DNA of 64,000 bases, taken from the NCBI RefSeq assembly GCF_009914755.1, contig NC_060930.1. One strand, 5' to 3'. A model generated the notes under the pieces. The model saw only the letters and a program-made list of their open reading frames with translations, made no database searches and was not told the origin of the DNA. Shown here piece after piece: positions 41,717 to 55,053 of the stretch. This DNA comes from the human T2T-CHM13v2.0 reference genome, Homo sapiens. A program made the translations under genes and the position numbers. Position 1 is the first letter of the stretch. Each line of letters starts with the position of its first letter.

Positions 41717-42023
41717 TTTTTATTTATTTATTTTAGTTTTGGAGGCAGAGTCTTGCTCTGTCGCCGAGGCTGGAGTGAAGTGGTGCAATCTCGGCTCCCT
41801 GCAACCTCTGCCTCCCAGGTTCAAACAATCCTCATGCATCAGTCTTCCGAGTAACTGGGACTACAGGTGCCCACAACCATGCTCAGCTAATTTTTTGTAT
41901 TTTTAGTAGAGACGGGGTCTCACCATGTTGCTCAGGCTGGTCTCAAACTCCTGAGCTCAGGCAATCCACCATCTCAGTCTCCCAAAGTGCTAGGATTACA
42001 GGTGTGAGCCACCGTGACCAGCC
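41717..42023 (-). mobile_element. Alu dimer (J/S-type)
   Basis: 16-bp TSD tataatttcattttta at 41701-41716 and 42024-42039. Confidence 0.93.
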
Positions 42024-42739
42024 TATAATTTCATTTTTAATACAGAAACTGACAACTAAAAAACTCAGAGTACTTTAAAAGTATAAAATATTAAACGTAA
42101 TATTGGAGAAACAAGTTCTCTTAAATGTGCTAAAACTGTAAACTTAGTAAGATTTCACTTTGAAATCACAAGTCTAAATTAATTACTCAATTATACATTT
42201 TAGATTAGAATTACAGTATGAATCTGTTGCTCTAACTGGCTAAATTCTTATAAACAAGTACATAAAAATGAAAGATGTGCAATATTAACACCAACATTAA
42301 TATTGTGGTTTTGATTTACTTACACATTTCTCTATTTAATTCTAAATCTTTATAGAGTTGAAAGATGTTTAACCATCCAGGGAATAATTACACCATCACA
42401 AAAATTTTGAAGGATATTGTCTCATGGAATACCATCTTATGGAATTCCACTTGAAATTTCATAAGAATGGGGGATTTTGGTTGGGACAGATTGGATTCTT
42501 TTTGATAGGGCACTGATGGGATATGTTTGCTCTATTATATTAGGATCCTCCGAAAAGGGTGGTTTGATGGCAATCATAGTGAACATTCCGGTGTTCAGTT
42601 TCTATATTAGCCAATTCTTTTTCTACTCACAGAGTATGAGGTCCTGCACTCAGCAGCATCATAAATCACTCTCTTATATTCTTTTTATTATTTCAGGGAT
42701 TGTTGGCAGAAGGATCTTACTCCAGCTACATAATGGACT

Positions 42740-43311
42740 ATTACAAAACTCAGTGGCTTAAAAAACCATTTTATTATATCTCACAATATTGTGGGTCAGG
42801 TATTTGGACAGAAACTGCTGAGCTTGTCTCTGTTGCTGGTTCATTAGCTGATTCATTGTTTTGTTCTATCAGATGACTTCTGTTAATACCACATGGAATA
42901 GAAGAATCACCCAACTGAACCCTGTGCCATTCCTGGCCCACAAAACTGTGAAATACAATAAAATGTTTTGAAGGGTCCAATGTGGCTTCACTGTTTTGTA
43001 CTTTAGGGGGATGGTTGGAAGGCTGAGCCTAGCAGGGATGGTCAATTGAAATGCCTACATGTGACCTTCCTAGCAGTATGACCTCAGGGTATTCAAACTT
43101 CTTACCTGGCTACCCAGGGCACTAAGAGAAAGTGTTCCTGTCAATGAGTGGGCTGTCTGGCCTTTAATGATGGAACCTCAGAAGTCTCTTCCACTACAAT
43201 TGATTGGTCAAAGAGTCACAAGCCCCAATCATATTCAAGAGAAAACATAGACCCCTCTTTTCTGTGGCAGAAGTGTCAATGAATATATGATTGTGTTTTA
43301 AAACTGTGACA
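42740..43311 (-). mobile_element. Old MLT1 (F/G/H-like) LTR, internally rearranged
   Basis: caaaactcagtggcttaaaaaaccattttatt...gggatggttggaaggctg...aaacttcttacctggc...attggtcaaagagtcacaagccc. Confidence 0.6.
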
Positions 43312-43342
43312 AAGCCCTGAAGACATTTAAAGATCTTTCCAT

Positions 43343-44551
43343 ATACGAAGGTTAATACTGAACTCTTACTTTTCACCATACACAAAAATCAGCTCGAGAT
43401 GGATTAAAGACTTAAATGTAAGACCTACAATGTAAAAACCCTAGAAGAAAACCCAGGACATCCCATTCTGGACATAGGCCTTGGCAAAGATTTTATGACA
43501 AAATCTCCAAAAGCAATTGCAACAGAAGCAACAATTTATAAATGGGATCTAATTAAATGAAAAAGCTCTGCACAGCAAAAGAAACTACCAACAGACTAAA
43601 CAGACAACCTACAGGATGGGAGAAAATATTTGCAAACTGTGAATCTGACAAAGGTTTAATATCAAGAATCTATAAGAAATTTAAACAAATCAACAAACAA
43701 AAAACAAACAACTCCATTAAAAAATGGGCAAAGGACATGAACAGACACTTCTCAAAAGAAGACATACATGCAGCCAAAAAGCATATGAAAAAATGCTCAG
43801 CATCACTAATTAGAGAGGGGCAAACCAAGACCATACTGGGATACCATCTCACACCAGTCAGAATGACTATTACTAAAAAGTCAGAAAAGAACAGATGTTG
43901 GCAAGGTTGTAGAGAAAAGAGAGCACTTACACACTGTTTGTGGGAATGTAAATTAGTTTAACCACTGTGGAAAGTGGTTTGAAACTTTCTCAATTTAAAA
44001 CAGAACTGCTGTTCGATCCAGCAATCTCATTACTGGGTATATACCCCGAGGAGTATAAATCATTTACTGAAAAGACACATGCACATGTATGTTCATCACA
44101 GCACAATTCACAATAGCAAAGACATGGAATCAATCTAGATGACCATCAACAGTGGACTGGATAAAGCAAATGTGACACATATACACTATGGAATACTATG
44201 CAGCCATAAAATGAATGAATTCATGTCCTTTGCAGCAATATAGATGTAGCTGGAGGCCATTATTCTAAACAAACTAATGCAGGAACAGAAAGCCAAATAC
44301 AATATGTTCTCATTTATAAATGGGAGATGAACACTGAGTACACATGGACACAAAGAGGAGAACAATAGACACTGGGGCCTATGTGAGGGTGGAGGACGGG
44401 AGGAGGATGAGGGCTGAAAAACTACATATTGGGTACTATGACTGGGTCTTGAAATCATTTGTACACCAAACCCCAGTAACATGCAACTTACCCATGTAAC
44501 AGACCTGCACATGTACCCTCTGAATCTAAAATAAAAGTTGAAAAATATAAA
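43343..44551 (+). mobile_element. 5'-truncated L1PA (about L1PA13-15)
   Basis: ORF2 C-terminal fragment 43557-43961 and 3'UTR; 15-bp TSD taaagatctttccat at 43328-43342 and 44552-44566. Confidence 0.93.
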
Positions 44552-44638
44552 TAAAGATCTTTCCATTTAACTCAAAATGTCTTTGAGTTTGATGTGCATT
44601 CTTCTCAAACACTTTTTGTATTTTAGGAATACATAACT

Positions 44639-45017
44639 TTTTAAAAAAATTTTTTTATTATACTTTAAGTTCTGGGATACATGTGCAGAACATGCAGGTT
44701 TGTTACATAGGTATACATGTGCTGTGGTGGTTTTCTGCACCCATCAACCCGTCATCTAGGTTTTAAGCCCTGCATGCATTAGGTATTTGTCCTAATGCTA
44801 TCCCTTTCCCTTGCCCCCACCCACCAACAGGCTCCAGTGTGTGATGTTCCCCTCCCTGTGTCCATATGTTCTCATTGTTCAACTCCCACTTATGAGTGAG
44901 AACATGTGGTGTTTGGTTTTCTGTTCCTGTGTTAGTTCTGCAGAGAATGATGGTTTCCAGCTTCATCCATGTCCCTGCAAAGCACATGAACTCATTCTTT
45001 TTTATGGCTGCCTAGTA
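44639..45017 (-). mobile_element. Short L1PA8-like 3' end
   Basis: ttttaagccctgcatgcattaggtatttgtcctaatgct motif; 14-bp TSD aggaatacataact at 44625-44638 and 45018-45031. Confidence 0.9.
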
Positions 45018-45479
45018 AGGAATACATAACTCCTATAGCTATTAGAACAATATCTAGTTACATTCTAGGCATATTGCATGGCATTATCTAACAATCTGGT
45101 CATGACTTTAAAAGAACATTCTACTTGATAAAATGAACCTCAAAGGTCATTCTACTTGATGAAATCATTTATAAGAAAATATTTACTTCATTTCCAAATG
45201 AGCCAAAGATGTTATCTCTTGAAATGTACTCGAAATGTGAAAAGTCCTTGTCTTACATTAATGGTTTCTTCAATTTTCTTGACTGATAAATGTGCAATGA
45301 AAAATATTTTATGTTCTCATGTACTGAATTCAACATATATACAGCGAGAATCTTTTAAAGTAAAGTGAGTATTAAAGAAAAGTCTGGATTTCATCACGTG
45401 TCGATGGTTGTTGGGAAATCATTCAGGATGAAAGAGACAAGATGAGCAATCAAAGTAAAGCAATTAACATGCTTGGGAA

Positions 45480-46049
45480 CCTTTCAGCAGGAACTGGGAT
45501 CTTCCAGTAATTCACCAAAATGAGGAACACAAAGGGAAAGAGGAGAGGCACCGATACGTGTTCTCTAGGCCTTTTAGAAAACATGGAGTTGTTCCTTTGG
45601 GCACAAACATGAGAATCTGCCAGAAAGGCAATTTTGTAGACATCCACGGGATGGATACCGTTCCAAAAGGAATGCCCCACAAGTGTTACCATGGCAAAAC
45701 TGGAAGAGTCTACAATGTTACCCAGCATGCTATTGGCTTTGTTGTAAACAAACAAGTTAAGGGCAAGATCTTGGCAAAAGAATTAATGTGCATATTGAGC
45801 ATATTAAGCACTCCAGGAGCTGAGATCATTTCCTGAAATGTGTGAAGGAAAATAATCTGGAAAAGAAGGAAGGCAAAGAGAAAGGTTCCTGGGTTCAACT
45901 AAAGCACCAGCCTACTCCACCTAGAGAAGCACACTTTGTGAGAACCAATGGAAAGCCTGAGCTGCTGGAGCCTATTCCCTGTGCATTCACGGCATAATAG
46001 GTATAAAAGAAGCAAAAGACCTCTGGACTGTAAAAAAAAAAAAAAAAAA
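45480..46049 (+). pseudogene. RPL21: Processed pseudogene of ribosomal protein L21 (eL21)
   Basis: Intronless: pyrimidine-rich 5' start cctttc, ATG at 45520 ([11 protein letters not shown]), [35 protein letters not shown], stop TAA at 45995, 3'UTR, poly(A) 46032-46049; frameshifts near 45553, 45770 and 45953. Symbol refers to the parent gene. Confidence 0.97.
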
Positions 46050-48098
46050 GGAAATGAGGATGAATGTACTAAGAAAAGATGCAAGCATATCTATAACCTG
46101 CTACAGACAGGCTCAGTCAGAATCCAAGTTCCATTTGTGTTTTATTCTATTTAGCTCCTGTAAGAATTTTAACCTTGATTCTACATTTTGGGTGATTTTA
46201 TCTATCCCCTCCCAGCACCACTGAAACAAGCATTGGTCGATGCTGAATACATATTTGTTAACTGAATGAATAAATGACCAATATTCAAAGAATCTGAATA
46301 TAATAAATCATCTCTCAACACCAAAATTACATTGCTCATAATTTATTTCTCCAGCCTTGAATCAGAAGGCATTCAAATCCTCTAGCAGTAGTCATCATTA
46401 TCATAATCAGGGATCATTGTTTTCTCAGTCAACTTCTTTTGCTTTTTTGAGTGTTTTGATTCCAGTTAAAGACGTACATACATATTTCTGTCCAACTGGG
46501 TGGCTTTCCTTTAAGCTAAATATGATGATAGAACACCAGAACTCTAAAACTCAGAGTGATCTCACGGACACTCAACCCATCACCAGCTTTTCTCAGTATC
46601 TACTGTTGTCAGATAGAAACAACGCTCAGAAAGAATGTCTTGTGAGGTTCCAGTGAAATGCACTGAGGAAAATACAACGTTTGATGCATGGTGAAGGCAA
46701 AATAGTGTTACAAAATAGCCATCCCCCAAATTCAGCTTTCAATCTCACTCAATTGTGTCTTATAATGTGGGGCTGGAGATGGATTCGTGGGATCTGCCTC
46801 TGATTTATATACAGTTGCAAGATTGCTCTACCTTTTACATTTTATTGGTTGTTTCCGTCTCCACATTGATCTCCTCTTTCCCCTCTAAGTTCTGCACTAT
46901 CTTTGCTTTGTCTTACATGCCTTGTGCCGCTCTTAAAAATAACGTACTCTAGTTAAGGGGGCCCAAGAGGAAAAAGCTATACCTGTGATTTAGGGTGATG
47001 ATTTTAATTCTCAAAAGCCCTCTAAATATAGAGCCTACTTGCTTGAAAAAATGTGGCAGATTTCTTGCTTTCAAGAATCTGAAGGGAGTGCTGAACAGAG
47101 GGGGAGAATGAAATGTGAAATGAGTTCTCAAGTCCTGTACCTTGGCAATCTGAGCTATGTCTGGGTGGGAAACAATTCAGGAGGAACAGCCTGGGCGGGT
47201 GGATGTGTTGTCTCCTCCTGCTATTGCAGCTAAGTGACTGGAGTGTCAAAGCTTCGCAGCGTTTAAAAACAAAAGGTTGCTGGTAGGAGGGCCTCTAGCT
47301 ATTTTTGATTTATTACCTAATCTTTAGACACTAGAAATTAACAACAACAATGAGAAGAAATGAAAAGGGGCAGTGACTAGCAGAAGCTCTACAATGATGA
47401 TTCATTCATGTGAGTAAGTGGCATCATTTTCAGCATTAAAATAAGCTAGGTATGGCCATTTGAGAAACATCAAGGTCCTCATTATTCTTTATTTCCTAGA
47501 ATTTCATCATTGTACATTTTAAACACCTGGTCATGAATATTAACTTCAAAAGACAGTTGGTCTGGTTTTTTATAACTTAACCATTGAAAAACCTCTTGTA
47601 ATTGGCACTTTATGTATTTCAGGAATCATATATAAAAGTGGGGGAACATTTTGCTTTGGAATTTGCAGAACTTACAGCTACTCGGTGACTCCAGTCAGAT
47701 GGAGTCCACAGAGATGTCTTTCTTCCTGTTGCCTTTTTACCTGTTTGCTGAATGGTCTAGATAGGTCATCAGTTTACAAACCGGTCCATGGAATTTTAGT
47801 AAGGAGCCCTTAGGAAAACAACTTTCATTGAAAAATTAAGTTTGGAAAAGGAAGATCACTGATCTAGTGTGTCTAAAACATGTATATACCATTTTAGGTA
47901 TATATACCTAAATTTACTACGTTTACCTATTTGGTAAATTGATTTTAATATTCTGCATTGGCTAGTATTGCTATCGTATTATGCTGCATCAGCTATTGTG
48001 GCTGTTGGCAGTTATCACTGCGTTTAGTAGTCTTATTTCTGACTTCATTAGAAATAGATTTAGTATGTTTTAATTTAAATTGTTTCCTATTTCTGAAG

Positions 48099-48990
48099 AG
48101 TGGATTAGATAACTGTTTTCAGTTCTTCCCCCATCCCTGTTATAGAATTATACCTCCCCACTGTGTCATGGTGGGTAGAGTGTACTTCCCTGCCCCAGTG
48201 ACATTGAGCTTAGCCACGTGACCTTATTTGTCCACTGGAAGATCAATGTACTTGACTCAAGTAAAGTCTTTCAATGTGTTCCTTTGAACTGTAATGAAAA
48301 GAGCACACCTCAGGTAGCTGGTACTCCTTTCTAAAGGTCTGAGAATGAAAATATGTGTAGCAGAAATAAACTGGACTAGAGCCTGGAGTTCAGCTTGGCA
48401 TAGCAAAGCTCAGCCTAGATTGGCCAAATCCCTGCAATGTGCAGGCCTGTGAGGATAAAAATAAATGTTTATTGCTATAAGCCACTGAAATCTTGGGTTT
48501 ATTATGTAGCAAAAATGAACTAATTCAGACATTGATACTAGAAGTAAGATGGTACCTTTATAAAAACCTAAAATATACAGTATGTCTTTGGAACTAGGAG
48601 GCAGGTGGTATAAAATCTAGCATAGGCAGCTGGAAAACTTACAATCTGTGGTACGTACTGTCGAAACATTTGGATAAACTATCATCTGCTATACCTTGGG
48701 AGACAGAAAATATACCTAATCAACTTGTAAAATTAGAAAGACATGAAAGCAGAACATTGAGATCATGAACAGGTTGTTGCAAGAAAGAAATGAGCTCAGT
48801 AAAGGACTGGCCAATTTGCAAGCAGAATTGAAGGGGAACAACAAGAGCCCAGACAATACAGGGCTGGATAATAAAACTGTTTCTGACTGAATCATAGCTA
48901 TGGCCATAAAGACCACATTAAAGATGGGATCAGTGGAATCCTCTTTTAAGACCCCCAAAATGAAAGTAGTACTGGGACATCCTTACCCAT
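48099..48990 (+). mobile_element. Old MLT1 (I/J-like) LTR followed by MLT1 internal sequence
   Basis: gagtgtacttccctgcccc...gccacgtgacc...aataaatgtttattgctataagccactgaaat; internal start gacattgatactagaagt...aaaacctaaaatat...ctttggaact. Confidence 0.65.
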
Positions 48991-49009
48991 AGGTAAATTT
49001 TTCTAAAAT

Positions 49010-50990
49010 TCAACGTATAATTGAATTCGTTCATGGTTGGTTCTTCTAGTGTCTTCTTATCTAAGAATTTTTTGCTTATCCCAGAGTTAAAAAAAAAATT
49101 CTTCTCTTTTCTTCTAGAAACTTGATAGTTTTTACATTTAGGTCAATGATTTTTTAAATTAATTTTTGTCTATGGTATAAGGAAAGATTTAAATTCTTTT
49201 TTTTTTTCCTTTGTGGATATGCAGTTACTTCAGCATCATTTATTGAAAAGATTGTTCTTTCTCATATTGAATGTTATTAGCCTCTTCGTTAAACATCAGG
49301 TAACTAGGCTCCCCATTCTGATCCATTAATCTATGAATTTATCCTTATGTGAAATAGAATATCCGCTGTTTTAATTAGCATAGCTTTTTGATAAGCCTTA
49401 GAATCTTTTAATGTTTCTCCTCTAACTTTATCTTTCTTCTTAAGATTATTAAGATTGACTATTTCAGCTCCTTTTTTCCATATACATGTTAAAATCATTT
49501 TATCAATATCTACAAAAAATGTCTGCTGATATTTTGTTTAGGGTTAGAATCAACAATTTAAAAGTATTGAATCTTTGATCCATGAGCATGCTATGTCTTT
49601 CCATTTATTTAGGTCTTCTTTAATTTTTTCACAGCAGTGGTTTTCTTGTAGTTTTCTGTTGTAGTTTTAGGCATAGAAGGCTTTATTTTATTTTATTGAA
49701 TTTACTCCTAAGTACTTGCTATTTTTAAGTTGTAGATGGATTATTTTTAAGTTTAATTACACGATGGTTTGTTGCATGTATATGGAAATGCCATTGACTT
49801 AAAAATATTGACCTCATAAAGCAACTGCAACAGAAGCAAACATTGACAAATGGGAACTAATTAAACTAAAGAGCTTCTGCACAGCAAAGAAGCTATCATC
49901 AGAGTGAACAACCTACAGAATGGGAAAAAGTTTTTGCAATCTACCCATCTGACAAAGGTCTAATATCCAAAGTCTACAAGGAATTTAAACAAATTTACAA
50001 GAAAAAACAAACAACTCCATTAAAAAGTGGGCAAAGGACATGTACAGACACTTCTCAAAAGAAGACATTCATGCAGCCAAAAAGCATATGAAAAAATAAA
50101 CCTCAACATCACTGATCATTAGAGAAATGCAAATCAAAACCACAATGAGATACCATCTCACACTAGTTAGAATGGCAGTTATTAAAAAGTCAAGAAACTA
50201 CAAATGCTGGCGAGGTTGTGGAAAAAAAGGAATGCTTCTACACTGTTGGTGGGAGTATAAATTAGTTCAATCATTGTGAAAGACAGTGTGGCAATTCCTC
50301 AAAGATCTAGAGGCAGAAATGCCATTTGACCCAGCAATCCCATTACTGGGTATATACCCAAAATAATATAAGTCATTCTATTATAAAGATACACGCACAT
50401 GTATGTTCATTGCAGCACTATTTACAATAGCAAAAACATAGAATCAACCCAAATGCCCATCAATAATAGACTGGATTTAAAAAATATGGTATATATACAC
50501 CATGGAATACTATGCAGCCTTAAAAAGGAATGAGATCATGTCCTTTGCAGGGACATGATGGAGCAGGAAGCCATTATCCTCAGCAAACTAACACAAGAAC
50601 AAAAAACCAAACATGACATGTTTTCACTTACAAGTGTGAGCTGAATGATGAGAACACATGGACACATGGAGGAGAACAACAGACACTGGGGCCTGTCAGG
50701 GGGCACTGGGAGGGAGAACATCAGGAAAAATAGCTAATAGATGCTGGGCTTAATACCCAGGTGAGGGGTTGATCTGTGCAGCAAACCACCATGGCACACA
50801 TTTACCTATGTAACAAACCTGCACATCCTACACATGTACCCCAGAACTTAAGAGTTGATGAAAAAAAAGTATTGACCCTATATTTGATGGCTTTGCTAAA
50901 TTAACTTATTAGTTATAGTAGTATGCAGATTCTTTTGACTTTTCATATCATCTGCACTTAATGAGAGTTCAACTTATACCTTTCTAATCG
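49010..50990 (-). mobile_element. Old L1M ORF2 fragment, interrupted by a younger L1PA
   Basis: gatatgcagttacttcagcatcatttattgaaaaga...ccatgagcatgctatgtctttccatttatttaggtc; resumes at ~50870. Confidence 0.65.
49819..50868 (+). mobile_element. 5'-truncated L1PA (L1PA8A/10-like)
   Basis: ORF2 end and 3'UTR (catcaggaaaaatagctaatagatgctgggcttaatac); TSD-like aaa(a/g)tattgacc..ata on both sides. Confidence 0.9.
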
Positions 50991-50999
50991 TTGACTTAA

Positions 51000-51390
51000 G
51001 GAACTGTTTCGAAATTTGAAAATCTGAAGAGACATTACAACTAAATACAATCTGTGATTCTGTACTATATTCTGTATTGGAGGAAATTTCTATAAAGGAC
51101 AATATTAGGACAACTGATAATACTGGAATTTGAACTATATGTTACATACAAGTATTGTATCAATGTTGTTAATTGTACTGAGCAGAGGTAGGAGTATTCT
51201 TCTTGGAAAATATATACTAACACATCAAGGGTAAAAGGGCATGCTATATAAAGCCTACTCTCAAATGATTTAGAAGAATCAGAGAGAAAGAAACAATAAA
51301 TATGCCAAAGTATAAAACATTAGTGATTCTGGGTAAAGGAGTTCTTTGTATATTCTTGTGACTTTTCTGTAAATTTAAAATTATCTGAAA
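51000..51390 (+). mobile_element. Old L1M (MC/ME-like) 3' fragment
   Basis: gagacattacaactaaatacaat...ctataaaggacaatattagg...gggtaaaggagttctttgtatattcttgtgacttttctgtaaattt. Confidence 0.55.
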
Positions 51391-51459
51391 AGAAAAAGGG
51401 TGTCTCTTGTAAAGAGAATAGAGTTGGTTCTGGGGTTTTAAAATTTATTTAATTTAAAT

Positions 51460-51755
51460 AATTAATTTTTTTGAGACAGGGTCTCACTTTATCACTCAGG
51501 CTGGAGTGCAGTGGTGTGAACACAGCACACTGCAGCCTCGACATCCCAAGCTCAAGTGAGCCTCCCATCTCACACCCACAAGTAGCTGGGACTACAGGTG
51601 TGCCCCACAATGCCCAGCTAATTTTTGTATTTTTTTTTAGTAACAGGGTTTTGCCATATTGCCCAGACTGATCTCACACTTTTGACCTCAGGCAATCTGC
51701 CTGCCTTGGCCTCCCAAAGTACAGGGATTACAGGCTTGAGCCACTGCATCTGGCC
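51460..51755 (-). mobile_element. AluJ-type dimer
   Basis: gagacagggtctcact...cactgcagcctcgac...gagccactgcatctggcc. Confidence 0.9.
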
Positions 51756-52013
51756 AGTTCCGTTTTGTTTTTAAATCCCATTTGACAACCAAGATTTTGG
51801 TGCATTTATATTTAATGTAGTTACTAATATGCTGGGTATAGGCCTACCATCATTTGCTGCTTGTTTTTTATTTATTTCATCTATTCTTCATTCTGTTGTT
51901 CTCTTTTTCTTCTCTTCTTTTGGATTAACCAGTTGTTTTTTAATACTTTTTAAAAATCTTCTATATTTGCTTTTCAGATATACCTTTTTGTATCTTCTCA
52001 GTAGTTATTCTAA

Positions 52014-52215
52014 AGTTGTTCTGTTCAGTATGGTAGCAATTAGCTATATACTACTATTTAAGTTTAAATTAGTTAAAACTAAAATTCCAATTTCTTAGTT
52101 TCACTGGTCACATTTCAAGTGCACAATAGTCACATGTGGCTAGTCACTGCTATGTTGGACAGTGAAGATGACAGAACATTTCTATAATTTCAGAAAATTC
52201 TGTTGAACAGAACTG
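52014..52215. mobile_element. MER3-like hAT DNA transposon
   Basis: cacatttcaagtgcacaatagtcacatgtggctagt...ttggacagtg...agaacatttctataatttcagaaaattctgttgaacag. Confidence 0.65.
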
Positions 52216-52276
52216 CTCTACAAATTAAAATATGTACCCTTAATTTATTACTATCTACCTTGACTTCATATTCTAA

Positions 52277-52715
<439 letters not shown>

Positions 52716-52971
52716 TATTTCTACATTAAATGGTAAATAGCCTCTTTAAAATTTTAAAGAAAAATTATATATTTCTATTTACTCAGATATTTCTCTTTCC
52801 AGCGCTTTTTATTTCTTTCTAAAGATTTATGCTTCCATATGTGATTATTCTTCTTTGGCCCAAAGAACTGCCATTAGTATCTCATGTTGCCTAGTTCTGC
52901 TGGCCTCAAACTCTCTCAGCTTCTATTGTTTAGACGTATTTTTGGTTTTTAGCAGTTTGACTATGATATGC

Positions 52972-53331
52972 TGATATGGTTTGGCTCTGTGTCTCCACCC
53001 AAGTCTAACCTTGAGTTGTAATAATCTCCACAAGTCATGGGAGGGACCTGGCAGGAGGTAATTGAATCATGAGTGTGAATTTTTCCTGTGCTGTTCTCAT
53101 GACAGTGAATAAGTCTCACAGGATCTGATGGTTTTATAAAGGGGAGTTCCCCTGCACATGTCCTCTTGCCTGCTGCCACGTAAGATGTGACTTTGCTCCT
53201 CATTCACCTTCTGCCATGATTGTGAGGCCTCCCCAGCCATGTGTAACTGCGAGTCAATTAAACCTCTTTCCTTTATAAATTACCCAATCTCAGGTATGTC
53301 TTTATTAACAGTGTGAGAATAGAGTAATAAA
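52972..53331 (+). mobile_element. THE1 (THE1B/C-like) MaLR solo LTR
   Basis: tgatatggtttggctctgtgtc...gtgaataagtctcac...ccatgattgtgaggcctccccagccatg...ataaattaccca; TSD t(a/g)tgc. Confidence 0.9.
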
Positions 53332-55053
53332 TGTGCTTAAATGTGGTTGAATATTGAGGTTTATGTTTTTCTTCAATTGTCAGGCATTATATTTTAAAAT
53401 ATTTCTTCTGCCATATTCTCTTCTACATCTGGAACTTTATTTATATGTTAGGCCATTTGATATTGTCTCATATGTCTGCCATATGGTGCTATTAAATAAT
53501 TTTTTCTCTCTGTTTATTGTGTGGATAATTTATGTTGGTTTTGATAGGTATAAGTATGTATGGTTGAGAAGACAGTAGCACAAATACGTTAGAATATCAA
53601 ACGAAACATAGCCTAGAAGAAAAAAAATTGTAAAAAATAGGCATCAGTAGGGGAAACATTTTGCAAGTGATGATGATCTAGGCCTCCTTTTCATGTTGTC
53701 ATTCCTCATCTTCCTCTGCTCTGCTTCAGTGCCTGCCAGCAAGTTCTTTTGTGAAAACATTGGGGGAAAGCATAGCACTGTGTATGTCAAAAAGCCAAAG
53801 GAAAGATATCTGCATGGAAAAATTAATTTTCAATTGTCAAAAATATTTCTGTAGTAAGTTTAAAATTAAAAATTTCATCTCACTAATAAATCTATGAAAG
53901 CCAATTGTGAATGATAAAATTTCTTACTGATGCCATTCAGATTCTAATGTGGTGGACAATCCATGTAGACACAACTGATCAGTCAGAAACAGGATGAGGA
54001 TGTTCTAGCAACAGCCATATATATCTTCTAAAAAGAGGTTTCAACTGCTTTTTTCCCAAACTTTGCTGCTTAAACAGACATTCAGTAAGTAGTAATAATA
54101 ACAAAAACAATAGTCATGCTAGGAAGGAACAGAAGGCAACAGAAAGGGGCAAACTTTTATTGGGCTTTTGCTTAGTGCAAGGCATTGAACAAAATCTCTC
54201 TGAGTCAGGTACTATTATTATTCTCAACGGATGGAGAAGGAAAACAAAGCACAGAGAAGTTGTGCCACTTAACTGGTGCTGGGGAAATCTACCCAACAGC
54301 TACTTTACCTCCATGGTGAGTGGCAGTAATGATTTTTGGAGTATTGATCTTGGACCAAGTGGTGAATCTATTTGAGTGAAAAATATTCAATCCCTCCTGC
54401 CAATGATTAAAAACTGGGCCAATGATCCAATTCTTCCAATGAAACTTGAGAAGAGGTTTGATGGAATCTCTGAGGGAAAGGTCTTCATTTCATTTAAAAG
54501 CCAACTTCACTCTCCTACTGGGCCTACTCAAGGAGGTACGTAGCCGTGGTTGCTTCTGGTGGTAACCTCATAAATGCAAAAGGAGCTAGACTTATTATGA
54601 TGTAGGGAGAAGAATATCAAGACAGACAAAAATAACCTGGATTTTTGATGACAATTGATGACATCTGAAGCTGCCCATCTGTGGGCTTCCTCTTACATAA
54701 AAAGATAATTTTTTTCTCTTTTGGTTAAGCCAGTGTGCACATGAGTTGAATCTGACTGAAGTCATGCTCATTTAACTTTACTGCTTAAATGTCAATAAAT
54801 TATTTTATTCTCACTGTTCACCACAAGAAAAATAAACATTTGCACACAATCTTTGCATGTCTTGTTTGGTTAAACATGTTTTCTACTTTTTTATTATTTA
54901 AAAATAAATATGTTCATAATTCATATTGCAAAAGGCTACTTTTCCTAGTGAGTAAAAAGCTCCTGCAAATCAATAAGAAAATAATAAACAAAAAAATAAG
55001 CAAATACTATGAACAAGCAATTCACAGGAAAGGAAATACAAATTTATCCCCCA

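Noticed and set aside
45558-45836. 92-aa RPL21-like ORF as a functional retrogene
   Set aside because: Starts at a GTG after a frameshift, shifts frame again near 45770 and ends prematurely
53228-53240. PRDM9 hotspot motif position in the THE1 LTR
   Set aside because: Sequence is CCTCCCCAGCCAT, which fails CCNCCNTNNCCNC at positions 7 and 13
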